Shown here piece after piece: positions 8,307 through 17,256 of a DNA stretch of 20,000 nt. A model generated the notes under the pieces. It saw only the letters and a program-made list of their open reading frames with translations. It was not told the DNA's origin and searched no databases. The stretch lies in the IMG/VR virus record IMGVR_UViG_3300034374_009246. One strand, written 5' to 3'. The stretch's first letter is position 1. Every line of letters starts with the position of its first letter. The DNA comes from an uncultured virus (IMG/VR IMGVR_UViG_3300034374_009246) (taxonomy: Duplodnaviria; Heunggongvirae; Uroviricota; Caudoviricetes). The position numbers and the translations under genes are program-made.

Positions 8307-8717
8307 ATGAAAAAGTTAGATGATGATAACAGAATCCTATTGTTTAAACTACAAGACTTAGGAATAAGTTATATACAAGGATATTATGAAGGTTCTGGAG
8401 ATAGTGGAGCTATAGAAGAGATACTGTATATTGATAATAAAAAAGCAGAAATAAAAAACTTAAGCTTTGAAGATTTTTCAGAAGATAATTATATACATCA
8501 TGAAGATTTATCTATAGATAAAAAACTTGATTCAGGACTAGAAGCTGAAATAGAAGATATTATGTATAATTTACTAGAAGATATAGAAGATTGGTATAAT
8601 AATGATGGAGGGTTTGGAATAATAACCATAAATGTATTTACAGGTGAGTGTAACATTAATAATAATGTAAGATATGTAGAAACTCATTTTTATGGTCATT
8701 CTAAAAGTTTATTTTAA
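8307..8717 (+). CDS. Acidic DUF6878-like protein
   Basis: Y-x-GSGDSG and W.NNDGG.G motifs (family name recalled, not searched). Confidence 0.7.
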   Translation: MKKLDDDNRILLFKLQDLGISYIQGYYEGSGDSGAIEEILYIDNKKAEIKNLSFEDFSEDNYIHHEDLSIDKKLDSGLEAEIEDIMYNLLEDIEDWYNNDGGFGIITINVFTGECNINNNVRYVETHFYGHSKSLF

Positions 8718-9064
8718 TGGCACATCCTTTACAACATGCAAAATCTTCAGTTAGAAAATTTGGTGGTATAATAGAAGATTATATTCATATACATGAATGG
8801 TTTGATGAAACTAAGAGTTGGCTAGGTCATAGCAAACATAGAATATTCAGGCATCATTCAGAAGGTATATTTGAATGTGAATCTAAATTTGGTAAATCAT
8901 TTACAAATTCAGATGGTAAAACAGTTTATACCAGATATGTTGGAGAACAACATGTTAAAGAAGACTGCTTTGGTTATATACCTTCAGCAAAAGAATGGGT
9001 AGATAATATAAATGCAAAAAAGCCACCTATGTGGATGATAAGAACAGAAAAATTAAATGACTAA
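8717..9064 (+). CDS. His-rich DUF6915-like protein
   Basis: MAHP..HA.SS..KFGG, IH.WFD.TK, HR..RHH.EG, EQHV.ED motifs (family name recalled, not searched). Confidence 0.8.
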   Translation: MAHPLQHAKSSVRKFGGIIEDYIHIHEWFDETKSWLGHSKHRIFRHHSEGIFECESKFGKSFTNSDGKTVYTRYVGEQHVKEDCFGYIPSAKEWVDNINAKKPPMWMIRTEKLND

Positions 9065-9497
9065 TATGGAAAACAAAATGCTAGAAAAACAAGAGTTTGA
9101 TTCTATACTGTCTATGATATCTTCAAGAGATCATGAGAACTGGACTGTTGGTTTAACCATAATGGAAAATTTAGAACTAACAGATTATAATGTGATAAAC
9201 ATATTACTTGTACTTAAACAAGGTATTGTAGCTGATAAACATATAAAGACAAACTATAAAACTTTTTATGATAATCTAACTAATGCAGTAAAAGATTACT
9301 TAGATGATGATTTTAGACCTGGTATATCACACCTTACATATAAACAATTATTTAAAATAGTTAATGAAGGCAAGTTTGATTATGAAGCAAAACAATCTTT
9401 AATAGATTCTTTTTCAATGGATTTTAAGAATAAACTTATTGATACCGGATATACTTTTGTTGAAGATGTAATAATAAAAATTAAAGATGAGAGATAA
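9057..9497 (+). CDS. Hypothetical alpha-helical protein
   Basis: 146 aa, overlaps both neighbours; N-terminal M..S.D..N motif. Confidence 0.75.
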   Translation: MTNMENKMLEKQEFDSILSMISSRDHENWTVGLTIMENLELTDYNVINILLVLKQGIVADKHIKTNYKTFYDNLTNAVKDYLDDDFRPGISHLTYKQLFKIVNEGKFDYEAKQSLIDSFSMDFKNKLIDTGYTFVEDVIIKIKDER

Positions 9498-10689
9498 TAT
9501 AGAAAGTTTAGCTAAAGCATCTAAAGAACTTATGTTAAGAGAAGCCTATTACGGGCTTCTTCTTATGTCACTAAATAAAATTTGGTCCCAAAAGAAAGTG
9601 CCTACAGCAGGTGTTTGCGTTAAAGGTATTAACTATGAGTTAGCTATTAATCCTGATTTTTGGCAAACACTTTCTCCAATACAAAAAGTAGGCATATTAA
9701 AACATGAGTTATTACACATTGCTTTCTTTCATTTAACAGACTATAATGATCTTCAAGATAAAAAGCTATTAAATATAGCAATGGATATTGAGATTAATCA
9801 ATACATTGAAAGATCATGGTTGCCTGAAGATGGTTGTTTTATAGAAACTTATATTAACCAAGGGTATAAGTTAGATTACAAAGCTGGTACAAGATATTAT
9901 TACAAAGAGCTTAGTAAGATAAAAAATGAAGACAGTGAGTTAGGTAATGCTTTAAAAGATTTATGTGAAGGAAATGATAACAGTGTTACTTTAAGTGACG
10001 GAACTGAAATTACAACTCCTGAACATGAATGGGATAGTGAAGAAATAAGTGAAGCAACTCAGAGATTGATAAAGTCACAAACAGCACATGTCTTAGATCA
10101 AGTAGCTGATCAGGTAAAAAAGATGCGTGGTACAGTACCTGGTGAGATTGCAAGTATAATTGAAAAGCTTAAACAAATAGATCCGCCAAAGTTTGATTGG
10201 AAAGGATATATGAGAAGGTTTATTGGTAAATCTACAAGAACTTATACTAAAGTTTCTAGAAGAAAGTTCAACAAAAGATTACCAGACTTTCCTGGTTTAA
10301 AATTTAAAAAGCACAAGCATGTACTAGCAGCTATAGATACATCAGCTTCTGTTAATACAAAAGAACTCAAAGAATTTCTTAATGAATTACATCATATAAA
10401 GAAGACAGGTTCTGATGTTACAATTATACAATGTGATACAGCAATATCTAACATAAGTAAATTTAATCCAAGAAAAGATTTAGAAATACACGGTAGAGGT
10501 GGGACAGACTTTCAACCTGTTATAGATTATTACAATGAAAAACTCAATGAGTTTAGTTGTCTATTCTATTTTACAGATGGAGAATGTTCAGCACCTGAAA
10601 ACGCAAAAGGAAATATTTTATGGGTACTTTCTTCACAAGGTAATGCTTGGGATGAATTGCCAGGAACAACTATTAAATTAGAATTATGA
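9487..10689 (+). CDS. Zincin-like metallopeptidase plus vWA domain protein (DUF2201-like)
   Basis: PTAGV, HELLH (HEXXH), NIAMDIEIN; MIDAS DTSAS, CDT, GRGGTDF, FTDG. Confidence 0.92.
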   Translation: MRDNIESLAKASKELMLREAYYGLLLMSLNKIWSQKKVPTAGVCVKGINYELAINPDFWQTLSPIQKVGILKHELLHIAFFHLTDYNDLQDKKLLNIAMDIEINQYIERSWLPEDGCFIETYINQGYKLDYKAGTRYYYKELSKIKNEDSELGNALKDLCEGNDNSVTLSDGTEITTPEHEWDSEEISEATQRLIKSQTAHVLDQVADQVKKMRGTVPGEIASIIEKLKQIDPPKFDWKGYMRRFIGKSTRTYTKVSRRKFNKRLPDFPGLKFKKHKHVLAAIDTSASVNTKELKEFLNELHHIKKTGSDVTIIQCDTAISNISKFNPRKDLEIHGRGGTDFQPVIDYYNEKLNEFSCLFYFTDGECSAPENAKGNILWVLSSQGNAWDELPGTTIKLEL

Positions 10690-11990
10690 ATCAAGTTAGC
10701 TTAGACTCTGCAGAAATGAAATCATTTTTGCAACACATTATTAACAACAACAGACACATTCAAAAAGACGGTAAGAAACCTGTAGCAACAGAAGTTATTG
10801 GTGAATCTGGTCTTGGTAAGACAAGCGTTGCTTTACAAATTGCAGAAGAAAACAACTTAAGTTGTGTTAAATTAAACTTAGCACAGATAGAAGACTTAGG
10901 TGATCTTGTAGGTTTTCCATTGCGTCAGTTTCAATTATGTAAAGAAGGAACAAGTACAGAAAAGAAAACAGAAGTTAGACAAGTTCTTAAAAAAGTTAAG
11001 CTTCCTAATGGTATGGAAGTAACTAAAAAAGTTAATGAAACTGTAGAAGTACCAGGCGGATCAGAATCTGAATGTATTTGGGTTGATGAAAATGCTACTA
11101 ATGAATATCTAAAACAAGGTTACAGATTTACCGGAGAAAAAAGAATGTCTTATTGTCCACCTGAATGGATTGCAAACAAAGAAGGAGGCGGTATACTTAT
11201 TCTTGATGACTGGAATCGTGCTGATGTAAAGTTTATTCAAGCTGTTATGGAGTTAGTAGATAGACAAGAATATCTTTCTTGGAAACTTCCTGATGATTGG
11301 CACATTGTTCTTACAGCTAATCCAGATGACGGAAACTATTTGGTAAACTCTATTGACGTTGCTCAAAGAACTAGATTTGTTTCAGTAATATTGAAGTGGA
11401 ATCATGAACGTTGGGCTGAATGGGCAGAGACTCAAAAGGTTGATGGTAGATGTATTAATTTTGTATTGATGAATCCTGAAGTTGTTAATGAAAAAGTTAA
11501 TCCAAGATCTCTAACTACATTCTTTAAACTACTAGAAACTATTCCATCATTTGAAAAAGATTTACCATTAATTCAAATGTGTGGTGAAGGCTCTGTAGGC
11601 CCTGAAGTATCTACATTGTTTACAAGTTTTATTAACAATAGATTAGATAGAATCATTAGTCCTAAAAGAATGCTCTTACATAAAGATGAGAAAGAAGTAA
11701 TTGATGAGCTGCTTAGTTCTATATGTGATGGAGGTAATCCAGCTGTAGATTATAGAGCAGATATAGCTAGCATTTTATCTACAAGATTAATTAACTTTAC
11801 GCTTAATTATGCAGAGTCTAATCCAGTAACACCAGAAATTGTAAATAGAATTAGTGCTTTGATTAAACATCCTGATGTATTTACTAATGATTTAAAATAT
11901 CACTTAGCTAAGAAGATTATACACGGGAATAAAACAAAGTTCCAAAAACTATTTATTGATCCTCAGTTACAAAAATTAGTTATGAAATAA
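10686..11990 (+). CDS. MoxR-like AAA+ ATPase
   Basis: Walker A GESGLGKT, DLVGFP, PPEW, Walker B ILILDDWNRA, sensor TANP, AQRTRF, NPRS. Confidence 0.9.
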   Translation: MNQVSLDSAEMKSFLQHIINNNRHIQKDGKKPVATEVIGESGLGKTSVALQIAEENNLSCVKLNLAQIEDLGDLVGFPLRQFQLCKEGTSTEKKTEVRQVLKKVKLPNGMEVTKKVNETVEVPGGSESECIWVDENATNEYLKQGYRFTGEKRMSYCPPEWIANKEGGGILILDDWNRADVKFIQAVMELVDRQEYLSWKLPDDWHIVLTANPDDGNYLVNSIDVAQRTRFVSVILKWNHERWAEWAETQKVDGRCINFVLMNPEVVNEKVNPRSLTTFFKLLETIPSFEKDLPLIQMCGEGSVGPEVSTLFTSFINNRLDRIISPKRMLLHKDEKEVIDELLSSICDGGNPAVDYRADIASILSTRLINFTLNYAESNPVTPEIVNRISALIKHPDVFTNDLKYHLAKKIIHGNKTKFQKLFIDPQLQKLVMK

Positions 11991-12014
11991 TAAAAGGCCC
12001 TTCGGGGTCTTTTA
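11991..12014 (+). terminator. Rho-independent terminator with UUCG tetraloop
   Basis: TAAAAGGCCC-TTCG-GGGTCTTTTA immediately after the ATPase stop codon. Confidence 0.8.
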
Positions 12015-12028
12015 AAAATTTTAAAGAC

Positions 12029-13090
12029 ATGAATTTAACTAAATATTTATACATAGATTATATAAGTCATAATCAGTTAGATATAAGAATTGAACATGGT
12101 GGTTTATTTGAAGACTTTGAACATCATTGTAATATTCAAAATGAGTTAGAAAGAAATAAATTAGAAGAAGAAACAATATATTTATTTCCTGGAACAACAG
12201 TGCCAAGGTTTAAAGCTAAAGAAAAATTTAATTTTACTATTCTACCTAAGAAAGCTACAATAGCATTTATTCCACCAGCAGATTTAATACCTAGAACAAA
12301 TGATCACTTGTTTAAACGTGATGTTTATAAAATGAAATCTGATGACTTTAAACATTGGTTACGTTATATAAATCATCCAAAAGAAACAAGATTTAAAATG
12401 CTTGTTGATGCTAATGATTTTTCACATGTATACATAAAAAGTTCTATAGCAAGTGAGTTTTATTATAGATCACCCAAAGATCCTTCTGGCAATGTCCAAA
12501 CAGGATTGCAACTTTATACAAGTGATGGTTCATGGGCTATTAAACAAGGATATGCTCAAGGCTCTAGAACATTGTTTATTGTGCCTATAAATTCTAAAAT
12601 TAAAAGTCTTTCTGATAATTGTTTAGTATATAAACAAGATGAATTACTAAAGTATATTAATGAAGATTCTATTATTATAGATAAAGAAAAGTATCAAGAC
12701 CTAGTATTAATGTGTGCTAGTGAGGATGATGCTTCTATAATAATGACTATGGAATTACTTGCTAATAGTAATTATGAAAAAAGTTTTATGTATATACTAA
12801 TGATATTAAAAAAATATGGAAAATCTTTTATAAAATATAAAGAGTTTAACCATGTAAATTTTAAAAGTTTATTAAGTTATTTTAATTTAGATAAGGAGTC
12901 AGTAAAATCAATGAGTCTTATGACATTAACAAATATTCTTAAAGACAATAAGAAGTTTACTAGAGCTAATGTACAAGCAATAACAACTTTATGTACTGTA
13001 GATTATATTAATTTTGATAATGCTAATATAAAACAATATTATATACCGGGTCCTTGTTTAAAAATTGAAGCAGAAGAATTTGATTCATAA
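12029..13090 (+). CDS. Hypothetical protein, possible BRCT-like N-terminal part and helical C-terminal domain
   Basis: IYLFPGTTVPRFK...KATIAFI resembles a BRCT start (tentative); C-terminal M..S.D motif shared with 9057-9497. Confidence 0.65.
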   Translation: MNLTKYLYIDYISHNQLDIRIEHGGLFEDFEHHCNIQNELERNKLEEETIYLFPGTTVPRFKAKEKFNFTILPKKATIAFIPPADLIPRTNDHLFKRDVYKMKSDDFKHWLRYINHPKETRFKMLVDANDFSHVYIKSSIASEFYYRSPKDPSGNVQTGLQLYTSDGSWAIKQGYAQGSRTLFIVPINSKIKSLSDNCLVYKQDELLKYINEDSIIIDKEKYQDLVLMCASEDDASIIMTMELLANSNYEKSFMYILMILKKYGKSFIKYKEFNHVNFKSLLSYFNLDKESVKSMSLMTLTNILKDNKKFTRANVQAITTLCTVDYINFDNANIKQYYIPGPCLKIEAEEFDS

Positions 13091-13102
13091 AACCACATAT
13101 AA

Positions 13103-14134
13103 ATGATTAATACAAATACAGTCAATACAGTTGACAAAAACATGTTAGAGACAGAATTCTTCAACAAAGAATTTAATTTTAGTTATAGCAGCTTAAATAA
13201 GCTGCTTGAATCTCCTCAAAGATTTTATAAAGAATATGTTCTTAAAGATAAAGAGGAGAAAATTGCTAAGTATTTACTAGAGGGAATTGTTATACATTAC
13301 TTAGTGCTTGATGGTTTAGATTTTGACAGCAAATTTATTGTAGCTCCGCAATCTTTGCCAAGCGAAAGTTCTATAGAAATTATTAACAATGTCTTTAAAG
13401 AATATGAATTAGATCCTGATCCTTCTAAATCATTAAGAGATTATGAATCTGTCATTCTAAAACAACTTGAAGAAAAGAATTTACATCAAAGACTAAAAGA
13501 AGATTCTAAAAGAATTGAAAAAATAGCAGATGTAAAAGGTATAGATTACTTTGAGTTTCTTAAGATAAAAGAAAACAGAACTATAATAGATGCTGCTATA
13601 TTAGATAGATGTTCAAGAAGAGCTGAGATCATAAAAGCAGATGAAAAAACAAGAAATCTTATAGGTTTAGATTTACAACATGATGGTACAAAAATTGGAG
13701 TCTATAATGAATTAGAATTGTCAATGAGTTTACCAAATGATAAATATTCTTTTGGTTTAAAAGGTATAATTGATAATCTTGTTGTTGATGTAGTAAATCA
13801 AGTAGTTACAATAAATGATTTTAAAACAACCAGCAAGTCTATACAAAAGTTTGAAGAGTCTGTAGATTATTGGAACTATTGGTTACAAGCCAGCATTTAC
13901 AAAAAACTAGTAAAAGACTTTTTATCTGATGTAGTTAATGCAGGTTGGATTATAAATTTTAATTTTATAGTATTTGATAAGTATGATCAACTATATTCTT
14001 TTAATGTATCAGATGATACTTTTAAAAAGTGGGATGCTATGATGCTTAATACTTTTGAAGATGCAGAGTATCATTTTCAAAGTAAAGAGTTTAAGCTTCC
14101 TAAAGCATTTGCTTTATCTAATGTTAAACTATAA
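13103..14134 (+). CDS. PD-(D/E)XK exonuclease (RecE/ExoVIII-like)
   Basis: FSYSSL, G..IH, E, KGIIDNL, DFKTT, Q..IY motifs. Confidence 0.85.
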   Translation: MINTNTVNTVDKNMLETEFFNKEFNFSYSSLNKLLESPQRFYKEYVLKDKEEKIAKYLLEGIVIHYLVLDGLDFDSKFIVAPQSLPSESSIEIINNVFKEYELDPDPSKSLRDYESVILKQLEEKNLHQRLKEDSKRIEKIADVKGIDYFEFLKIKENRTIIDAAILDRCSRRAEIIKADEKTRNLIGLDLQHDGTKIGVYNELELSMSLPNDKYSFGLKGIIDNLVVDVVNQVVTINDFKTTSKSIQKFEESVDYWNYWLQASIYKKLVKDFLSDVVNAGWIINFNFIVFDKYDQLYSFNVSDDTFKKWDAMMLNTFEDAEYHFQSKEFKLPKAFALSNVKL

Positions 14135-14145
14135 AATAAAAATGA

Positions 14146-14730
14146 ATGCTTTTAAATTCCTTACATGCAGATTATATTCAAAAAAGCAGGTTGTTTTTAT
14201 ATCCTCTATTAAAAATTAGAAGAGGTGTAAGTACTGTACCTGTTCAAACTTATATGGCTTGGAAAGACATGTTTAAGTTTGAAGAGAATAGATTTATTGT
14301 AGTTTATCATAAGAGAGAAGATTTAGATTTTAAATCTTTTGAAAGAGCTGCATTACTAGATAACTATCTTTTTGAAGACATGTTTGAGTTAGAAGATAAT
14401 AAGTTAGCTTATGTATTTGATTTTTCTAATTATGCAAATGATTATGCATTAATTAGAAGTGGTAAATATTCAATGCTAACTTCATTATATAAGAAAAGAA
14501 TATTATATTTTTTCAGATCTCACAGAAGACATTTATTACATGTAGAGAGTTATTTGTTCCCTGAAAAATATTATGAAACTTATTCTAAACTATTAAATGT
14601 GAAAGAAGAACTTTTAAAAGAGGTAGGACAACTTTGTTCAAAACCTAATTTAAGAAAAGAAATTTTGCAGTCTTCAATAAAAATGATAGATTTACATACG
14701 TTTAATTCAAAATTACCAGATGAAAAATAA
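14146..14730 (+). CDS. Hypothetical protein
   Basis: 194 aa ORF in the operon between exonuclease and polymerase. Confidence 0.75.
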   Translation: MLLNSLHADYIQKSRLFLYPLLKIRRGVSTVPVQTYMAWKDMFKFEENRFIVVYHKREDLDFKSFERAALLDNYLFEDMFELEDNKLAYVFDFSNYANDYALIRSGKYSMLTSLYKKRILYFFRSHRRHLLHVESYLFPEKYYETYSKLLNVKEELLKEVGQLCSKPNLRKEILQSSIKMIDLHTFNSKLPDEK

Positions 14731-15166
14731 TAATAACATAGGTAAAAATATGTGTCTTGTTAAAGCTATATGGCAGAATAAAGAAACATTTAAATTAATA
14801 CCTGTTTTAGACAATTGTCCTTACAATGAAGTTGTATATGATCCTTTACTTTCTTTACTATATGTAATTGGAAATAAAGAAAAAAAACAATTTCAATATG
14901 TTCCAAAACTAGACAGTAATGGAAACAAAGTTAAATCTACTAAGCAAAAAGAAAATGGTGTTTGGTATAAAGAAGAAAGAGTATTAGTAGGTTTACTTTC
15001 AGAGTATCACATCATTGACAAAAAAGAACAAGAGAAGTTTGTTGAAATGTTTGCTGTGAATTCTGGAGAATTTGATTTCCGTTATTTTCTTAACAAAGAA
15101 GAACCTAAAGAAATGGGATCTTCAAATGAAGAGTTAATACTTCCTAGTGATATAATAATTAAGTAG
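14720..15166 (+). CDS. Hypothetical protein
   Basis: 148 aa ORF overlapping the previous gene and followed by a terminator. Confidence 0.75.
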   Translation: MKNNNNIGKNMCLVKAIWQNKETFKLIPVLDNCPYNEVVYDPLLSLLYVIGNKEKKQFQYVPKLDSNGNKVKSTKQKENGVWYKEERVLVGLLSEYHIIDKKEQEKFVEMFAVNSGEFDFRYFLNKEEPKEMGSSNEELILPSDIIIK

Positions 15167-15194
15167 TAACATATAAGTATAAATCCAAACAAAT

Positions 15195-15228
15195 AGGGAA
15201 GAGAATATTTTGTTCTCTTCCTTTTTTT
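15195..15228 (+). terminator. Rho-independent terminator
   Basis: AGGGAAGAGAATA-TTT-TGTTCTCTTCCTT followed by a T run. Confidence 0.85.
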
Positions 15229-15260
15229 GTTATTTTTATATGCTTACAAAATTTCAGATT

Positions 15261-17246
15261 ATGAATCACTATGTCATGGATTATGAAACATTATCTAATT
15301 GTTTCATAGGAGTATTTGAACATTATAAAACTGAAGAGATAAAAATATTTTGTTGTTCTAAATTTCATAATGATATAAAAGATTTATATGTTTTTCTTGA
15401 TAAGAATAAAAAGAATAAAGAATGGCATATATCTTTTAATGGTTTAGCTTTTGATGCTCAGATAACAAACTTTCTTCTTAAAAACAAATCACGGCTTATT
15501 AACAAGTCTGGTGTTGAAGTTGCAGAAGCTGTATATATAAAAGCACAAGATTGTATTAATAGACAAGACGCAAAAGAATTTCAGGAATGGAGTGAGCGTC
15601 AGCTTTTAATTAAACAGATTGATGTATTCAAATTAAATCATTGGGATAATCCAGCTAAGAGAAGTTCATTAAAATGGATTCAATGTTCTATGGATTGGCT
15701 CAATGTTCAAGACATGCCGCTTCATCACACTACTGATATAGATAGCAAAGAACTAATAAATAAAATTATTGAGTATTGTATTAATGATGTGAAGAGTACT
15801 AAAGCTATTATGAATCATAGCAAAGACTTGATAACATTAAGAGGCAGTTTGACTAATGAATATAACATTCCTTTATACAGTGCATCTGAACCTAGAATTG
15901 CTAAAGAATTATTTTTACATTTCTTAGAAGAAAGAACTGGTATAAGCAAGTATGAAATTAAAAATAGCAGAACATATAGAAATCAAATTGTAGTAAGTGA
16001 AATACTTTTACCTTATTTAAAGTTTGATGTTTCTGCATTTCAACAGTTACTATTTAAGTTTCAAACTTTAGTGCTAGATGCTAATAATTTAAAAGGCAGT
16101 TTTAAAGAACATGTTAAGTATAGAGGTGTTGATGTAGACTTTGGATTGGGTGGTGTTCATGGTGTAAAGAAAGGGATATATGTACCAGATGATAACATGA
16201 CTATTATGTCTTCAGATGTTACAAGTTTCTATCCTAATCTAGCTATTAGAAATAAATTTGCACCAGCTCATTTACCAAAACAAAAGTTTTGTGAATTGTA
16301 TGAATGGATGTTTGATGAAAGAAAAAAGATTCCTAAATCAAATCCTAAGAATTATGTATACAAGATTATGCTTAATTCCACATATGGTTTAAGTAATGAT
16401 GCTGCATCTTTTTTGTATGATCCTCAGTTTACAATGCAGATAACTATTAATGGTCAGTTATCATTGATGATGTTATTTACTATGTTGTCTGAAAGAATAT
16501 TAGGTGCTATACCTATTATGACTAATACAGATGGTGTAGAAATTATGATTCCTAAAAAAGCTATTCCACAATATATGGAGATATGCAAAGAATGGGAAGA
16601 GATAACTAATCTGCAGTTAGAACATGACCAGTATCAAAAGCTTATTGTTCCTGATGTAAATAATTACATTGGTATATTTACATTTAATGAAGTTGATAGA
16701 GATACATTTATCAAAACGCAATCAAAGAATCCAGAGTATTTATTTAAAAAAGAAGAGGGTAAGTTTTACTATGCAAAAACAAAATGCAAAGGTAGATTTG
16801 AACTGAAGAAAGCATTACATAAAAACAAAAGCTTTACTATTATTCAAAAAGCTATATACAATTATTTTGTACACGGGCTTGATCCTAAAAAATATATCAA
16901 AACAAATAAAAACATTTTTGATTTTTGTGGTCAAACTAAAGTAACAAGAAATTGGAAGTTCAAATATAGTTATGTAAAAGATGGAACTGTAAGCACAGAA
17001 AACTTACAAAAAACATTAAGGTTTTATATCTCAAATAAAGGCGGAAAAATTATAAAAAACAATGTCAATGATGACAGGGATATAAATGTTGTATCAGGCA
17101 AATGGTTACAAAAGATATTTAATAAGTATCAAGATGTATCATGGTCTGATTATGATATTGATTATGGATTTTATTTAGATAAAATAAACAAAGAAATAAA
17201 ATCTATGAGTCCTGAATTATTTACTAATCAAATAAGTTTATTTTAA
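15261..17246 (+). CDS. Family B DNA polymerase with 3'-5' exonuclease
   Basis: ExoI DYE, ExoII FNGLAFD, ExoIII YCINDV, motif A DVTSFYP, motif B KIMLNSTYG, motif C NTDG. Start moved to ATG 15261 because the track's TTG at 15210 lies inside the terminator. Confidence 0.95.
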   Translation: MNHYVMDYETLSNCFIGVFEHYKTEEIKIFCCSKFHNDIKDLYVFLDKNKKNKEWHISFNGLAFDAQITNFLLKNKSRLINKSGVEVAEAVYIKAQDCINRQDAKEFQEWSERQLLIKQIDVFKLNHWDNPAKRSSLKWIQCSMDWLNVQDMPLHHTTDIDSKELINKIIEYCINDVKSTKAIMNHSKDLITLRGSLTNEYNIPLYSASEPRIAKELFLHFLEERTGISKYEIKNSRTYRNQIVVSEILLPYLKFDVSAFQQLLFKFQTLVLDANNLKGSFKEHVKYRGVDVDFGLGGVHGVKKGIYVPDDNMTIMSSDVTSFYPNLAIRNKFAPAHLPKQKFCELYEWMFDERKKIPKSNPKNYVYKIMLNSTYGLSNDAASFLYDPQFTMQITINGQLSLMMLFTMLSERILGAIPIMTNTDGVEIMIPKKAIPQYMEICKEWEEITNLQLEHDQYQKLIVPDVNNYIGIFTFNEVDRDTFIKTQSKNPEYLFKKEEGKFYYAKTKCKGRFELKKALHKNKSFTIIQKAIYNYFVHGLDPKKYIKTNKNIFDFCGQTKVTRNWKFKYSYVKDGTVSTENLQKTLRFYISNKGGKIIKNNVNDDRDINVVSGKWLQKIFNKYQDVSWSDYDIDYGFYLDKINKEIKSMSPELFTNQISLF

Positions 17247-17256
17247 AATTAAAGTT

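Noticed and set aside
10938..11075. Mini-intein in the AAA ATPase
   Set aside because: Far too short and lacks the C-terminal HN/N-nucleophile motif.
13103..14134. Cas4 as part of an adaptation system linked to the repeats
   Set aside because: No four-Cys Fe-S pattern; motifs and context fit a recombination exonuclease.
15210..15260. N-terminal extension of the polymerase
   Set aside because: It starts inside a terminator hairpin and T run; ATG 15261 places ExoI at the usual N-terminal position.
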